DNA of 64,000 nt from Schmidtea polychroa (lineage: Eukaryota). Position numbers and translations under genes: made by a program. Location: contig CM097885.1 of assembly GCA_044892525.1 (NCBI GenBank), positions 11,968,001 to 12,032,000 of the forward strand. Reading direction: 5' to 3'. This document shows positions 41,246 through 57,121 of the stretch, one piece after another. Every line of letters begins with the position of its first letter. The stretch's first letter is position 1. The notes below the pieces were generated by a model. It had not been told where the DNA came from and made no database searches. It worked only from the letters and a program-made list of their open reading frames with translations.

Positions 41246-44029
41246 GTATAAATTATTATTTCCTTTATTTAGTTATATTCATTTTATAATGTAAAAATAT
41301 ATAAAACATTATATAAAACAATATATAGAACATATACATAAAACAAATATATAGAAAACAATATATAGAAACAATATATGATGTATGTTCTTAACACTAA
41401 TTATTGTGATTATGAAATTTATAAATTTAACTATTCATACTTTGTAGTGACTGTACTAATATATAGGCGAGAAAGCTGTAGAACCCTTTAGAGTCGCCTC
41501 TAAAAGTATGATGAAGCAATTGGGGTGTTTGTATGTATTTGTGCGAGTACTTCGTGTGTATATATGACAAAATACAATGTAATCAAATCAAATGAACAAC
41601 TAACAAAAGTAAACAACAATTTTAGATAACACCATATTACAAATTAAAACAAAATATAAAATCATATATAAAGTCATATAAAATCATCAACAACAGTTTA
41701 AATTAGTTATCTCGATTATATAATGCATTCTGCCAAACAATTAAAAATAATAAAAAGATAAAAGTGCAGAAAGTGCAGAATATTTGACGAAACTATATAT
41801 AATTAATTTTCTTCAGGATTACATTGACTTTACTTATTTTCTAGGCATAATTTAAAGTTCAAGAGCAATTTGAATATATTTAAATATGTTTAAACAAAAC
41901 CTGTAACACAAAGTTTGGTTTCATGAATTAAAATCTTAAAACTTTCGTTTGACATACTATCAAACATAAATTTTGATACACTCTTGTGTTTTATAATTTT
42001 ATTATTAATAGTTTTATTTATATATAAATGTTAAATATTTAATTAATTCAGATAATAATTACAATTATGACAACAAACCATAATGAAAGATATGGAAAAA
42101 CATGTTTGAGTCATGTTTTCGATGAGAAATATATCCAGAATAGCTGAAACTAACTAATGTTATACACCATTTCCAAATTGAATTAGTTAGCAGCAGATAA
42201 TTTGTACACAATATTCAGATGACATAATTTATGGTTGCATAGAAAGTACTCTTATACGTATTTAACTCAAAATTGTGTGCTCACTATTCATTATTATGTC
42301 TGTGAATAGAACTGGCTATATTTTCCCCATTGATTGTGACTGTATGCATTTAGTAAGTATGTGTGCATTCATCGAGCAGAATATACATTTTTCTTCTTAT
42401 AACAGATTGGGTTTGTAAATGGTGTATATAAAATGATAAAAATTAGAAATAGTCTAATCATAAGAAACATAATTATAAACTTGGTAAAATAGTGTGCCAA
42501 ATACTTGAAAATTGTCAATCAATGACGAAGAAAACAAAGGATTTGACTCATGACAATAAAATCAAACAATTTAATGTCAATTGAAAAATAAATATTTGTT
42601 TAACGAAGAAAACTTTCTTGATTAACTAATTTTAATATGAATTTGTAAAGTTTAATTACCATGCATTTTATATAATAAATTCCCTATTGGATTACCTTTT
42701 CAATATTTTCCCAACTGAATTAAGGACAAATATAAACACAAATACATATCAAATAAAACTTTAGTTAGAATAGTAAACAAAACTTTACATTTTTATTAAT
42801 TTCAAAGAATTATATGTAATTTTACATAGATTATTTTTATTTTAAAAATTTTTTATTTGTATTGATGAAACGAGAAATTAAATCTGATGTCGAATATTTG
42901 GATATATATTATTTATTATGAATCCAAGTTTGATATAATGAAGATATTATAGGCATATAAATACTGTCTATAATAGGAATTAAATCAGGAAGAAAACAAA
43001 TTGCCAATTAATTGTTAATTTTTGTATTGATGCTGACCTCTTTTAGGTTAATATATTTCATTTTTTGAATAATCACTGCCGATAACAATTACATTATTTT
43101 TATTTGAATTATATTTTAATAAATGATACCGCTATCGACAAGTTTATCTAATAAAAATTATTAGAATCAAAAATATCTGTATAAAGTCTGTACTGTAACA
43201 GTTAGGTTTAGTGTTTTTGTGTTATTGATAATATACAATATATGTTAGGCAAATGTATAAAAAATTTAAATCCTCAAATATTGTGTTGCATTGAAAGTTA
43301 ATTTTAGACCTTTTGTCATTAATAAAATGAATGAAATATCGAAAGAGACAAACAAAACGTTATTACTGATTATGCCATTCTGACAGATAGAGAAAGTTTA
43401 TAAATGCATGAAGGGACTATTTTTGAAAATATTTTACATATAGAACATAAAACTGCAGTTTTTTTTCATTTTGAAAATAGATTTTTAATTAAATTGTATC
43501 TCGAACAATAAAATTTCGTCTGTGGTATTTTTATGTTTGGCTACCCTTGGATCTGATCAAAAGTTGGCTCTTTATTTGTAATGTATTTTCATTTTATTCA
43601 TGCTTTTCTAATAATTTTCTTCATCAGTTTTGATAAAACATTTTGTTATAATAAGGTTTTTGCTGACCCACCAAGTGTTGCTAACATATTTTCATACTAA
43701 TCAGAAGACCATTCTTTAGTTAACTTTTTATTACGTTTTCTAAATATAATTACATAGGAATCTTCTTCAATTATATTTAATTTATACTAATTATAATTAA
43801 GAAATTCAGTTTTTTTATTCAAATTATTGATTCTGTTGTTTTAATCATTAGTTTACCTAGGTCATTAAAGCAATTAGCCTACATAATGATAAAACAACAT
43901 GTCTTTTTTCGCGCACTTCATTAAAAAATAATTATTATCAAAAATAGCAAATATGATAGTACTGAAAAAATAATTTTAGTTTTAATTTTCTTTAATGGTC
44001 TAAGAAGTAATGAACAACAATGATAGACT

Positions 44030-45122
44030 TAAATTCAATATATTTTTTCGTATTCAAATTTATCATCCGCGAAATTCATGTTGGTTGCCTTTATTGCAAA
44101 TAATATTGTTGCCGAGAAATCGGCGTATATTCGCTTCATTTTCCTTAGAAAATCTTTAGGATTTCCATTTAATATACTTTTAAAGTCCGAAGCAACCATT
44201 CTAACATCAACAGTATCCTTTTTAACTTTTTCTTCAACATATATCAACTTTTCATTAGTATCATCAAATTTTATTTTCAACAATACTTATCAAACCTTTT
44301 TCAAATTTTCAGCCAAAAAATCCTTCCTAAAGTTTTCTTCCAACATTTTATTTTTTTGTTTGTCCAAGATTGACCAGACTAATTCAAACAAAACATCAAT
44401 TTTTTTATTTTCATTTATATTCATAAGGCCCTTGATTACAAAAATCATTTTATCTAATAAATCACTACACCTACATCCGAAATATTAAAGTCTCTATAAT
44501 GCACGTTGGTGTGTTCATCAGCGAATTTTGTCATTTTATGTAATGCTATGAAATTATTATTTTTTTATACAAGTTATTAAAATTTACTATTTTCGAATTT
44601 TCTTCTGTAAATCCAAAGATATCGATGGACCTTGTTGAATATTAGAAATGCTACCTTCACACAAAGTCGTTTGACAAGAAATATCTGATATACTTTAAAA
44701 TAATTTAATTATTTGTCATTAAATGAAAAAATTCTTACATTGTCAATTCTTCACCTTCGGAAAAATGTAACATTTCCAGGGAAATATCTAAAAATCTAAA
44801 GAAATATTAACTTCAAAAATATTTTATAAATAGATCTTACGATGTTTTGTCGCCCTTTTCTCGAAAACTCAATGTAGAGTAGTCCAATTGAAAATCCAAA
44901 TTTTTTTTAAAAACAATGATATGTTAACAATATGTTAACAATTACTTTTAACTTTCGGAATAAAAAGCTCTATAATAAATTTGCGTGTATTTCACTTACT
45001 CAAATCCTATAATAAAATTTTCAACTTTCGGAACATTAAATTTTTGTACACAGGTAAGTGTGTGTGTGTTCCTCTATTATAATTTTATCGATTTTTTTAG
45101 ATTATATTTTGGATTTTGGTGT
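44030..45122 (-). mobile_element. Diverged inverted relative of the 16558-17563 element, adjoining degenerate coding-like sequence
   Basis: Reverse complement of about 44820-45105 aligns by eye with about 16585-16935 (GGAACACACA.ACTTACCTGTGT; CT.CTCTAC.TTGAG.TTT.GAGAAAA; ACATCGTAAGAT.T). Left limit uncertain. Confidence 0.55.
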
Positions 45123-45340
45123 ACCAGTTTTAAAATATCACTGAAAAATCTTAAAATTTTCATTCTAATAAAAAAAACAATGATTTTTTAAAGATATATT
45201 TTAATTATTGAAGTTGAAAAATATAAAATAACATTAGTTTTAAAAAGACTTAACTAAATGTAAATCATAATCTTGTATGGTTTAAATATACATATTATTC
45301 TAATTATAACTGATAAAACTTAGAAAAAAATTCATTTTAG

Positions 45341-45488
45341 GAAAACGCGGTTGATAAAGGTTTGCGCAAAGTACAAATATCCCAATTTGAAACAATTCAT
45401 TCGGCCGAAAAATCCGTCTTGATGAAATGCGAGTTAAAATTCCAAGATATTTACAAACGCCAAAGTTTTGTTATGGTGGAGACAATAA
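45341..45488 (+). CDS. Nephrin-like protein exon E (second half of Ig domain)
   Basis: ttttAG acceptor, GTATGA donor. ENAVDKGLRKVQISQF...LMKCELKF...VETI. Phase 0/1 bridges exons D and F and supplies the second Cys. Confidence 0.82.
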
Positions 45489-45772
45489 GTATGAATAATT
45501 ATTTTCTATATACTTTACATTTTTGCAATTTATTTATTATACAAAATATCCAAAATATTTAAATATTGTATGAGAGTGACCATAAAAGTATCTAAAAGGA
45601 AAATAATTAAAAAAATGATGAGTAAATAAATAAAATATTATATTTTAGCGTAAAATTAATAACATAATAAATAAATTGTTCGTTCATACGTAAATATAAA
45701 TACTTTAACAAATATTAAATTTTTAATCTATTCATTTATATTTTATAATTAACCCAAATATTTTTAAACCTG

Positions 45773-46003
<231 letters not shown>

Positions 46004-46448
46004 AAATGATGGTTTTTTTAGCAGCATAAATTAAATAAGTTGAAAAGGATTATCTAATAATTGCATACATAAATAGTAAATTATTAAAAAAATTAATAAT
46101 TAGTTATTAAAGCTTTATAAACTTAAAAGTTTTATATTCTTTAATTTTGAATTATTGGAAAAAATGTTTTTTGATTTATCTATTTTGAAAAAATGATAAG
46201 AGAGAAAATGAAAATAAGAGAAGATCAAAAAGCATTTTAAAATAGAAGCAAATAAAATCCAGGAAATTGATAAGGATTTTTTATAGTCAAAAGGTTTATC
46301 ATTGTAATAAATACTTCCAGCAAAACAATTTTAATTTAATTGTTTAACATTTAGTTAATGCATCTATCAATATATATTAGTATGATTACTATTATTATTA
46401 TTAATTATTATTATCATTGTTATTAATTTTATAATTAATATCCTTCAG

Positions 46449-46568
46449 AAATGCCATCTATTCCTATTTTGAAGATAGATAAAGAATATATAACGGACAA
46501 ATCTGTAGTAACAATTACTTGCCAAACTTATGGAGGAAACCCAATACCTTCACTAACCTTATATAAAG
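46449..46568 (+). CDS. Nephrin-like protein exon F
   Basis: ttcAG acceptor, GTATAT donor. MPSIPILKI...VTITCQTYGGNPIPSLTLYK contains the nephrin-type C...GGNP.P motif. Confidence 0.9.
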
Positions 46569-46698
46569 GTATATTATTAAAAAATATATTATTAAAATCT
46601 TTGAGAAATGTTATATTTTAAAAATTTTATCTATTGGTTTTTGACTAATAAATAATTTATTGTAAACACATTTTTATTATGCACTATTATAATTGTAG

Positions 46699-46801
46699 GA
46701 CATCAAAAGATCAAAACAGAATTCGGAAAAAACGATCCAAATAAAATAATTTTAACTCACAAATTTATTGCCAGAAAATCGATGAATTTGGACGTATACC
46801 G
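46699..46801 (+). CDS. Nephrin-like protein exon G
   Basis: tgtAG acceptor, GTAAAT donor. GHQKIKTEF...FIARKSMNLDVYR. Phase 1/2. Confidence 0.85.
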
Positions 46802-48497
46802 GTAAATTTTTTAATTTTCTTAATAAAAATTATTGATAATTTTGTTAAATAATTCTAAAAAACATTTCTATTTTGAAAATTAAACTCATAAATATAAATT
46901 TTATTTTAAATTATATTAAAAATTTCCAAGAAAAAAATTAATTATTTACGAAAAGATTTTTCAAAAAAAAATGTTTAATGAAAATTAAATGCAAAATGAA
47001 CATGGAATCATTATAAATTAAATATGTTATAAAATATTCATATAGATTATGGTGGACTTTATTGAATATCATGTCATCTATGATAATGATCAAGAATACA
47101 TTGTATTTGTGGAGTTAATTACAGAAATGTCGTCACAGAAATTGAATAATATAAATTACTGGAGCTGTTAAATAAGTTATATTCCATTCTATTACAAATG
47201 AATAAAATAAATTTCATTTTATTTATCAAAGATTAAATAATAATATCAAAAATATTTTTCTTGGTATATATCGTATGAAAAATTATTTATTTATTAAAAA
47301 ACAGCTCTACCGAAAATTCATGTTAAACATAAAACAACATAGTTAAAAATGCATAAATTTTAAATATTCGATAAAACAACAAATTATCAAATTAAAACTA
47401 AAAAAATTTTATAAATAAATTTATTAGCATTTAAACATAAATTTTTCATTGGCTGGTTTCTACGTAGCAATTTAATAAAATTTGTGGTAATCCTTGAGAA
47501 TTTTATTGATCTTTATGTAATGAATTAATTTTTTATATTGAAATTATATATTTTTATCAATTAACTTTCTTTTTTTTCCTTTTTAATCTATTTTTATTTA
47601 AGAATAATTTTGCTTTAATTTTCATCTGTTTTTTACTTAACATACATTTTCGGCTTTACCATTTTTAAGTGTTAATAATACATTAAAATTTGTGTTAAAT
47701 AGAAAATTGTTTTCATTTTTAAAAACTAAATGAAGAATTACTTTTACTATAATTAATTTGATTTTTTTTATAAATAAGAATTGATTTCTTTAAATTTTAT
47801 ATGTCAATACATTGCGAAAAATGATATATTTTTTAATTTAAAAATACTTAAGTATTTTTATATATAATATATATTAAAATTTCAATCATAATAAATGAAT
47901 TCTAAGTATTCTTTTTACAATATAGATAGGAAAAATAATAAAATATTAATATAATTATTTTATTGTTTTTATATCAATAAAATAAAATTTAAATATTTAT
48001 TAAAAGGAACATATAATTAAAATACAACATTTGTGTAAAAACATGTTTTGTAACAGTTTTATTTAAAATTTCGAAATTACCTATGAATTTTTTTTATCTT
48101 GTCATCCTTTTAACTTGTAAAACAAAAGAAAAATTCAACAAGAGATCACTGTAAATATTGTTCTATGAACTGGGAAATTCATAAAATACAAATTTTTAAG
48201 AATATATTTTTTCGTTTTATTACAATTGCTATTTATTACAACAATTTTATTTGCACGCTTTCAAAACAAAAATTTGTCTACCACCCCGTCTGCTTCGTTC
48301 CATGATAATTAAATCAATAAAACTATCAATTAAATTTATTAATTGATTTGGTTTCGCTGAAAAAGTCGATACATTTATTCGTTTAATAATGGAAAATTTG
48401 TTTTAATTACTTCAATTTTTGATAATATTAACTAAATAAAATATATTGAAATGTTTATAACATTATGTTATTATATTATTATTTTATTATATTTATA

Positions 48498-48634
<137 letters not shown>

Positions 48635-49218
48635 GCTTTGAATGATTTAAATAAGATAAAATGTTCTTGAAAATAACAAATCTTTAAATGAAAATTTTTA
48701 AACAATTCATAGAAAAATTTAGTTTGTTGAGTAATCAGTTTACAATAAAAATGTAGTTTTTCAGAATATAATCAACTAATTACTGAAATTTATGTCAAAT
48801 ATAAAAGATTATTCTAGATTAAATACAAGGAAATACAAGTTGTTCAGTCTATCATTAAAAAGAAACCTATGAAAAGTAAACTAAAAGGTTTCTTGAGGTA
48901 GGGAATATTACTGGCGTTTTGAAAAAAATGTTTTCTTAGAGCAAACTTATCTGAAAATCAAACAACCTCTTAAAAGTAAAGTCATCAAAACGAAATTTTA
49001 AAGCTAATCTAAAAGTTTAATTTGGAGAAAAGTGTCTATTCTTTGTTTAATTTTTTAAATCTGTTCTTTAGTGGATGACAAAAGAGACTGATAAATGGAT
49101 GTTGAATTTTGTTGACTTTTATTTAGGTGTGTTGGAAGTTAAGGTACCAATTGATTCTAAAAAGTACTTTGTCAAGTTCGGAAGGTGAGAAAAATTGATT
49201 TAATCACACAGAGCTTAA

Positions 49219-49455
49219 CACTCTCAGAGCCACAGAGAAAACATGCGTTTTTTAACATGTTATTGACAAAACACCTTGACCTGACAAGTTAATTTTAAAA
49301 AAAGGCTCTGTCAGACAAATCGACCTGACACAGAATATTGTTAGTTAAATGTGTCTGACGACAAAAGAAATTATATATTTACCTGTAAAACACCTTTTGT
49401 GATGCGAGCGGCAAAGCACTGCAAATCAAAGATAACTGACATGGCACTGAGAGTG
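49219..49455. mobile_element. piggyBac-type MITE (237 bp)
   Basis: TTAA on both sides. TIRs CACTCTCAG.GCCA (13/14). Confidence 0.87.
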
Positions 49456-50751
49456 TTAAATATGTTTTGATGTTGTTTTATTCTGAGGAATTTAGATAAT
49501 GTATGCATAATTTAGTAATATTTTCACTAATAAATCTCCAACTTCATTTGGTCTATGTTCAATATTCATGTGTTAGGTGAAACGGGAAATGTATTAGTAA
49601 AAAATGGGTATTTCTGATTTTAATATTGAGAGGTGTTTTCAGCTGAGAATTAAACATTTCAATGATTTATCAAAATAATTTTAAATTGTAAATAATTGAC
49701 TATTAAAATAACTTTTAAATAATTTTTAAATTGGATTTTTTAAGTTGAAATTTTTGAATTAAAAATTAAAATAGCTTTTTAAAAAAGAAGTTTTATTAAT
49801 GAAAGATTTTTGAATAAATATATTTTAAATATTGAAATTTTAATATATGGTTTTGAATAAATGTTATTCAACGCTGAAAATTTGTTTAAAATTATACAAT
49901 ATGTCATATAATAAATACTTGAAATTATGTCGTTAACTTTTGAACCGGATTTAAAAATGATTTAGAAGATGTGTTAGCAGCTTCTAATAAATATAATTGT
50001 GAAAAGTTTTAGTAATTGTTGGAACCGAGTAAAATAACCGATTGTAGATAAGATATTTAAATACTGAAATTAATTCTCAGATAATACGAATAATTTGAAT
50101 GCATTTAAGTATCTGAACGTTTATGTTGTATTTTGAGTAATCTATATTTACTGATTCATAGTGAAGCGTTTTAATAAAAACAATTCCAATGGAAAAGAAA
50201 TCAGTAATGAAATTGCAAGTAAAATTCTTATATAGAAAAATAAGTTTATATTAAATTTATATTATTTAATAATTATCGTTTAATATACTTGGCGTGTTTC
50301 AAATATTATTATTATAATTTTTTTTATTATCAGTATTATTATTTTAATTATCGTTTAATTTTTTAGCTATGAATTATTCAGTTCACTATCAAATTTTCAT
50401 TAAATTTAAAATGAAATGAAAGATTTTTAATATAATTAATTACGAATATAATTTCTTGATTCAGACAATTTATTCTCTATAAATATTGAATATATTTATA
50501 ATAATCTATTAATTAAAAATGAAAACGACTTAATTATATATAAATGAGTCTTTAATCTGTATCTAATCAAAGAAATTTTCATTTCTACAAAATGCATTCT
50601 TTACATTGAATTTAGAAATTTAATAAATTTATAAAATATATGAAATCAAATCAAATAATTTCAGTATTTTAAAATGTTGAAAATATAAATCGAAAAAAAT
50701 AATAGCATAAAGTGATGATAACTTGGTAGCAGCATTAATTAAATTTTAAAG

Positions 50752-50916
50752 CAATTAAATGATAATTAAGGCCTTTTGATGCGAATAATATATTTAATAA
50801 TGTCGACTACAAGATAGTTCTTGTCAATTTCAATGTCAATTTCTTATAGTCGGAAATATTTTCATTTGTATTAAATATATTATTCGCAGCGAAAGGCTTA
50901 AATTATCACTTAATTG
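50752..50916. mobile_element. Small foldback/MITE-like element
   Basis: About 48-bp imperfect inverted arms (CAATTAA.TGATAATT.A.GCCTTT.G.TGCGAATAATATATTTAATA). Confidence 0.65.
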
Positions 50917-51435
50917 TTTACAAAATAATAGCAATAATAATAAAAATATAGAACCATTTAACAAATCATCAATTAATTAAAAATTTGTAATTATAATTTA
51001 GTAAATTATTAAGTAATTTTGATTGATATCGAAAGGCTACCAAAGATATTTTATTTTTTTTATCATTCGTTTTGATTGAAAAACGAAAATAAATATGGTC
51101 AATCTGTGAGTAATAGGAATTTTCTAATGAAATAAATTCTAATATTTCAATTTGGTTTATTTTATTAAAAAATAATAATACAGTTTGAGATATTGATCGA
51201 AGAAGATTACATTTTAAAAGATAAAGAAATTACTTTTTGATTAAAGAATTTGTTTTCAAATTATTTGTGATTGCTAACAAATATATTTTCTGAAGGTTTG
51301 GTCATACATACATTTGAAATTGGATTTGTAATATATATTGTCGAAATATTAAAATACGTTTGTAAAACTGGTGGATAGATGTTGATTAATGAACAAAATA
51401 TAAGAATACATGCCATATATACAATTCAGTCTTAC

Positions 51436-51479
51436 ATGGTATCGAAGAGAGCCAAATAATCTCAAAACTAGTATACTAT
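51436..51479 (+). pseudogene. Decayed copy of the hammerhead element
   Basis: ATGGTA TCGAAGA GAGC CAAATAA TCTC AAAA C TA GTA TACTAT followed by ..ATTGCACTG. Stem I can still pair, but the core is mutated. Confidence 0.65.
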
Positions 51480-51626
51480 TAGAAATTGCACTGAATATTG
51501 AAAACTATTTTTAAAAGATTTTAATTTAATTTCCAAATATTTATTAGTGAGTCGACCAATTGCATATCTGCAGAAAATAAAGGAAGGACAACTGAAAATA
51601 ATATACACGATAATTATTAAATAATA

Positions 51627-52201
51627 CTCCCTCCGTCCGGAAATATGGTATACATTTGAGCGATTTTTGTTGTCCGGAAATATGGTATACATTTGCGAAA
51701 AAATAAAATAAATCAAAAAATGTACATGACAAGTTTATTATATTACCTTTATTTGAAACATTTTAATAAATATTAATGTAAATATTAAATAAAATTTAAA
51801 AAAATAAATATTAATATTAATAAGTTCACTCGAAATTTGATTTGGCTTTATTGTATGCTTCTTTAGAACAAACATATTTTTCTAGCAGTCGACCTTCGCG
51901 ACGAAGTTTTCCTTTACTTAAATGATATATTTTGAATCTCTTCTTTCTAAATTTAACAAATTTCCTTCCACATTTTCCATATTCGTCTTGCAGCGGTACT
52001 AATTTTATCTACCTCAAGAAACACTGATGTTTGAGCGGTAAGTTTTTAACTAAGAATGATATTACTTAAGTCAAATATTTTAGGTTATATTGTCATGAAT
52101 ATTTACTATGACAATGTCATGACAGTTGCCTATTTATTTTTATATTCACGATAATCTACGATTTTTGTTGAAATGTATACCATATTACCGGACGGAGGGA
52201 G
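51627..52201. mobile_element. Mariner-type MITE with Stowaway-like termini (575 bp)
   Basis: 31-bp TIRs CTCCCTCCGTCCGG.AATATGGTATACATTT (30/31), TA TSD. Confidence 0.93.
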
Positions 52202-55200
52202 TATAAATTTAATATAAACTTATTTTTAAAAATATTTACAATTCAATTCTAGCATTTCACAACTTATTTAACATACAAAACATACTAAAAATTATATTCA
52301 TAATTTAATTAAGTCAACAATAAAAGTGTGAAAATTAGATTTGTAAATAATTTAATTATAAAAAAATATATAATTAATTATACTGATTAATTTGTAGTTT
52401 AGAAAACAAATTGTCTATTATTACATCGAATAGATATAATTTGAGGATTAATAAAATTGCAAATTTAATTGTTTTTTTTTAATTGAAAGAACTTTTCGTT
52501 GATCAACATAAAAAGAAATTTATGATTATTATCAAATAAAATTATATAAAATTAATGAATGTAATGATTTAGAATTTGACTTTGAAATTTAAACAATCAC
52601 TCTTTTTTTGTTTTTAAATAAAACTTCACAATCATAAAAATGCACAATTCTATTAAAACAAATCTTAAAATAAATTTACTTTTTAATCTTCAAGATGATG
52701 CGGTAATTTAATACTATTTTCTTGTTAATTCATCTCTGACTTCAATGCATTTAATTATAAAATTTTATTTACATTTTTTAAAGTAATATTTTTAAGTAAC
52801 TGACAGTTTGCCGGACGAGTTTTGCATTTATTAATTATTATACCTAATTAAATCTATTATTAGTAATAATTATATTAATAATTAAGTAATAGTAATTGGA
52901 TATTTCATAAATGTGTTTCAATGTAAAAATACTCAATGTATTTTGTTATTTTCGTTAAAATTAAACATTATTTGGAAATGTAATAAACAATTTCAGTAAA
53001 CTCTCTCAATAGGGTACATCCTTTTGGCGCTTAGAATTATGTAAAAGGTAATCTATAGAGAGATGTGCCATATATAGTATGTACTGAATGAGGTACACGT
53101 TTTGCATATATATATATATATATATATTAAATTTTTAAAGAATTGTTATGCAATTTTGAACTGCAATGGACTCATTGACAGATTCCCTTGTTTCATGTCT
53201 TATATGTTGAAGTCTAAAGAGTTTTAACATTTGTAGTGGATTCCATTAATAAATCTATAAAGAAATTCCAACAAGAAAATCATCTTTAATTTAAGCACAC
53301 GAATAAAATTAATAAAGCCTACACCAAAAAGTGATGAGAAAAATGCCATTGCATACACAATATGAAAGGGCACACAGATATAAGCATAACAATTTACATT
53401 GTATTTTTCATAAAAAAAATGCAGTACCGAAAATTCGTGAATATCAAAAAAACATCGATATATTTATTGATTCATAGTCAAGCTTCTTAACACATCTGAT
53501 TGGATCTGATTGCTCCGGCCTGTTTGTACGATTTGATATTTTCCATCAATTATATAATAAATTGTATAAATCGAAGTCTTAATATTTGTGTAAATTTCGA
53601 TAAAGCCAAACTTGAATAAATTTTTGTTTAAAATTTCTATTTCTATTCTGATTGATTGTACTACGAAATCTAGATTTTGTCGGTTCTCTTAAAATAAGAA
53701 AATTCGTGTTCAGCTGGATTTTAATCAAGCTTCTCTTTTGGAATTTTTTATTATTCATATTTAGTTTATAAAATCGTTGTAGAGTTAGTAACTTAATAAA
53801 CCGGTTTCGAGAGTTTTATTAACTAAATTTAAATAAATGAGACACATTTAAACAACATAATTCTAATTTTAGGATATATATATATATATAAGAAATAAAA
53901 TAAAAACAATAAGAACAAAAAAAACAATTGAATATATATTTAACAATACTTGTGGACAAAGCTTTACAAATGACTATTTCCCAATATTAACTGAATGTTT
54001 TTTCACGAAACTTTAAAACCACTTTTTATTAAAGAATTAGAACTAATTTCTTATCATGAATTGAAAGTTTATCTAATCTGTAATTATTATCAACGCTGCT
54101 AGTTTATTATAATTTACCATAAACTATTCTGATTGTTTTATCAATTGGTAAAAACTTAAAAAATAATAAAAAAATTAATTTAGAAAATATTATGGCATTT
54201 CAGTCATCTTTTTAAATTAATTTCATGAATTATTTTATTTTAAAAATAGTAATAATAAAATTTTAATGAAAAAAACAACAATAAATATTTCTTGAAATTT
54301 ATTTTGTCTTTGGATGAAAATTGATAGAAAATGTAAAATGATAACCACTCCAATGCTGTTGGGAATGCAATTTTGTCTTGGTTTCATTTTCCTGAAACGC
54401 TTCTTGATTAAATTATGATAAATGTATAAATATTACCCCATTTCAGATATTTTCTCTCGGTTTAACATAACTTTATATTCCATGAATTTATGTGCATGAA
54501 TTATTCAAGAAATAATAAATACCTAATGATTTAATTTGATGATTCTTTTTAATGATTCTTTTTCCTTAATTAATATTTATAAGTTGTAATAGAAGATACC
54601 AGGTCTTTTGATTTCAGAGAAATCACTTTTAATTACAACAAAAAATAAATTCACATCATTAAAACAAAATATTAATTAATTTAAATAAATAATTAAAAAT
54701 CACTTCATTCAAACGACAAAATAAAACAAAATAAATAATAACTTCATTTAAACAAATAATTAAATTAAAAAATATTTTTTAATCCCGAAAATTTCAAGTC
54801 AAATAACCAATGCCGCATAATGTTTTTACTTGTCAAAACTGATAATTTAAGATGATATTGGTATGTCTTAATTAAAGTTGTAAGAACTTTAAATGGATTT
54901 GTCAAAGACAGTGTTACCAACTTTACTGACTTTTTTATATTGCTTTATCAGATTGTGGATATCAATACTCAGGAAATTTATGGTGAAAACAATTGGTAAT
55001 TTATGTAAATCTTTAAATTTTAAATTAAAATCTTATTCACAATTGAGTACATTCCTAAAAAATACAATTGACAATAAATAAAGTTATTAGTTATAAAAGT
55101 TTGTATTTATGTCATCAAATTTATTAAGAATAAAAGATTTGTTGAGAATTTAATTAATTTTTTAAATGTAGAATAAAGGTTCTAGCAACTGAATATATTT

Positions 55201-55302
55201 TTAAAAAAAAGTGACAAAATTTGGTGAAGCAATAACCAAAAATGCCTCTGACTACATTGGTTGGTTATTACGTATTATTGACAGATTACAATTATTTTTT
55301 TA

Positions 55303-55409
<107 letters not shown>

Positions 55410-57121
55410 CATCATTATTATCATCATTATATTTATTAAAAATCAATAAAGAAATAAAAAAAACATCGATATCTTTACTCATTCATAGTCAATTTTTTAA
55501 AAATATATCAATTAAAAAGAAATCAGAGGTGATTATTATTTCTAAATATAATTGTCATAATCAATATTATTATTTTACTCCTTTTATAAAAATTAATATA
55601 AAACCTAATAAGATGTTTAAAAAATCTAATAATATAAAAATTTTGTCAACAAATTCAATCATAATTTGTCAAATTTGTCTGAAAAATAATGTAAATTGTC
55701 TCATTGAAATGAGGAAACTAGCGTAGAACACAATTTTAATACATGAATATATAAATACTATTTATTACTACAAAAAGCTCATTTTATCACATATATTTTA
55801 TCACTAACAAATCTGAAAAATATTGAATTTATGTGACAATTGAATTTTTATAACTTTACGAATATATTTTTTATATTAAATAGTATTTAAAATTAAAATT
55901 AAACTTCAATATTTTATATTCTTTTTTATTTTAGTTATTAATTCCGTTTGCCAAGCTTTGTCCCTGAAAATGAATAGTTGAATTACCGATTTATTGTTAA
56001 TTTTTTGTTTAAATTTATAAATATAAGTCGAGAGACCTGAAAAAGTTGTAAAATATCAAAATATATAAATGAGATATTATTTCATTACTAAATATTTGCT
56101 AAAAAAGTGACACGCATTATAATTATGATTTTAGTTTGTTTTAAAATCATAAATATTAATAATTATTATTAATATAAATTAATATAAACTATTTCAAGCG
56201 CTATAAGAACTTTTTTCCAATTTCACCACTGATTATTTCTTCCATTGAATTTATTAAAAAGAGAGTTTGAAGACTATAAATCAGCAATATATTTTGTTTT
56301 TTGATACTCACGAATTTGATATATTATTGATTTATAGTCTTCAAGCTCTCTTTTTAATATTTCAAGCGCTATTTATAAATATTATAAAAAATTTGCAAAT
56401 AATTTAATTCAACCGGAAGCTTTGAACGATTCAGTAAAAGATGAATAAAGTTTCCTATTCAATGGAATTTTTTTGATAATGAAAGTACAAATTAATTTTA
56501 TTTATTATTATTTAACTCTAAAATTTAGAAGAATAATTAAATAAGTGATTCCTAAGTTCTGGGTTACCAATGATTTTTGTTATGTTCAAGAAATGTTTGA
56601 TATTCAAAAATAAATTAAAAATTTTGCATAGAAACATAACATTTGATTTTATTTGCACTAGTCAACGCTGTAGCTCACTAAATCTATGAAATGTATGTCA
56701 TCACTGTGTCATCAAATGTATGACATCACTACTTTTGTGCAATCAATGATGCCAATATTTTTGGAAATAAAATTTACGTAAAATTATATCAATTGGTTGG
56801 TCAACAAGAAAGACTAAAAATGATGCAAATTCTAAAACTATAATTACTGATAGAAATGATTATCAACGTTCAATACAGAACAACAACATTGATAACGATA
56901 CTCATGTGCAAGGAAATTTGGATAATCATTATAACACTTATTTCAATGACAAAAGCAAGAATGCTACACCAATGAATATGATTACAGATAACAGAGAAGT
57001 CGGATTTAAAGGCACCCAAAGTTTTTTTTCATATAGCATTGATAAATCATAGTGGTCAATGGAAACATGATACCTCTAGTTCATAAAAAAACATCGAAAT
57101 AGACAACCAAATCAGAGTAAT

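Noticed and set aside
42406..42456. Candidate exon after TTATAACAG
   Set aside because: It hits a stop with no suitable donor. Exon 45341-45488 fits both phase and domain.
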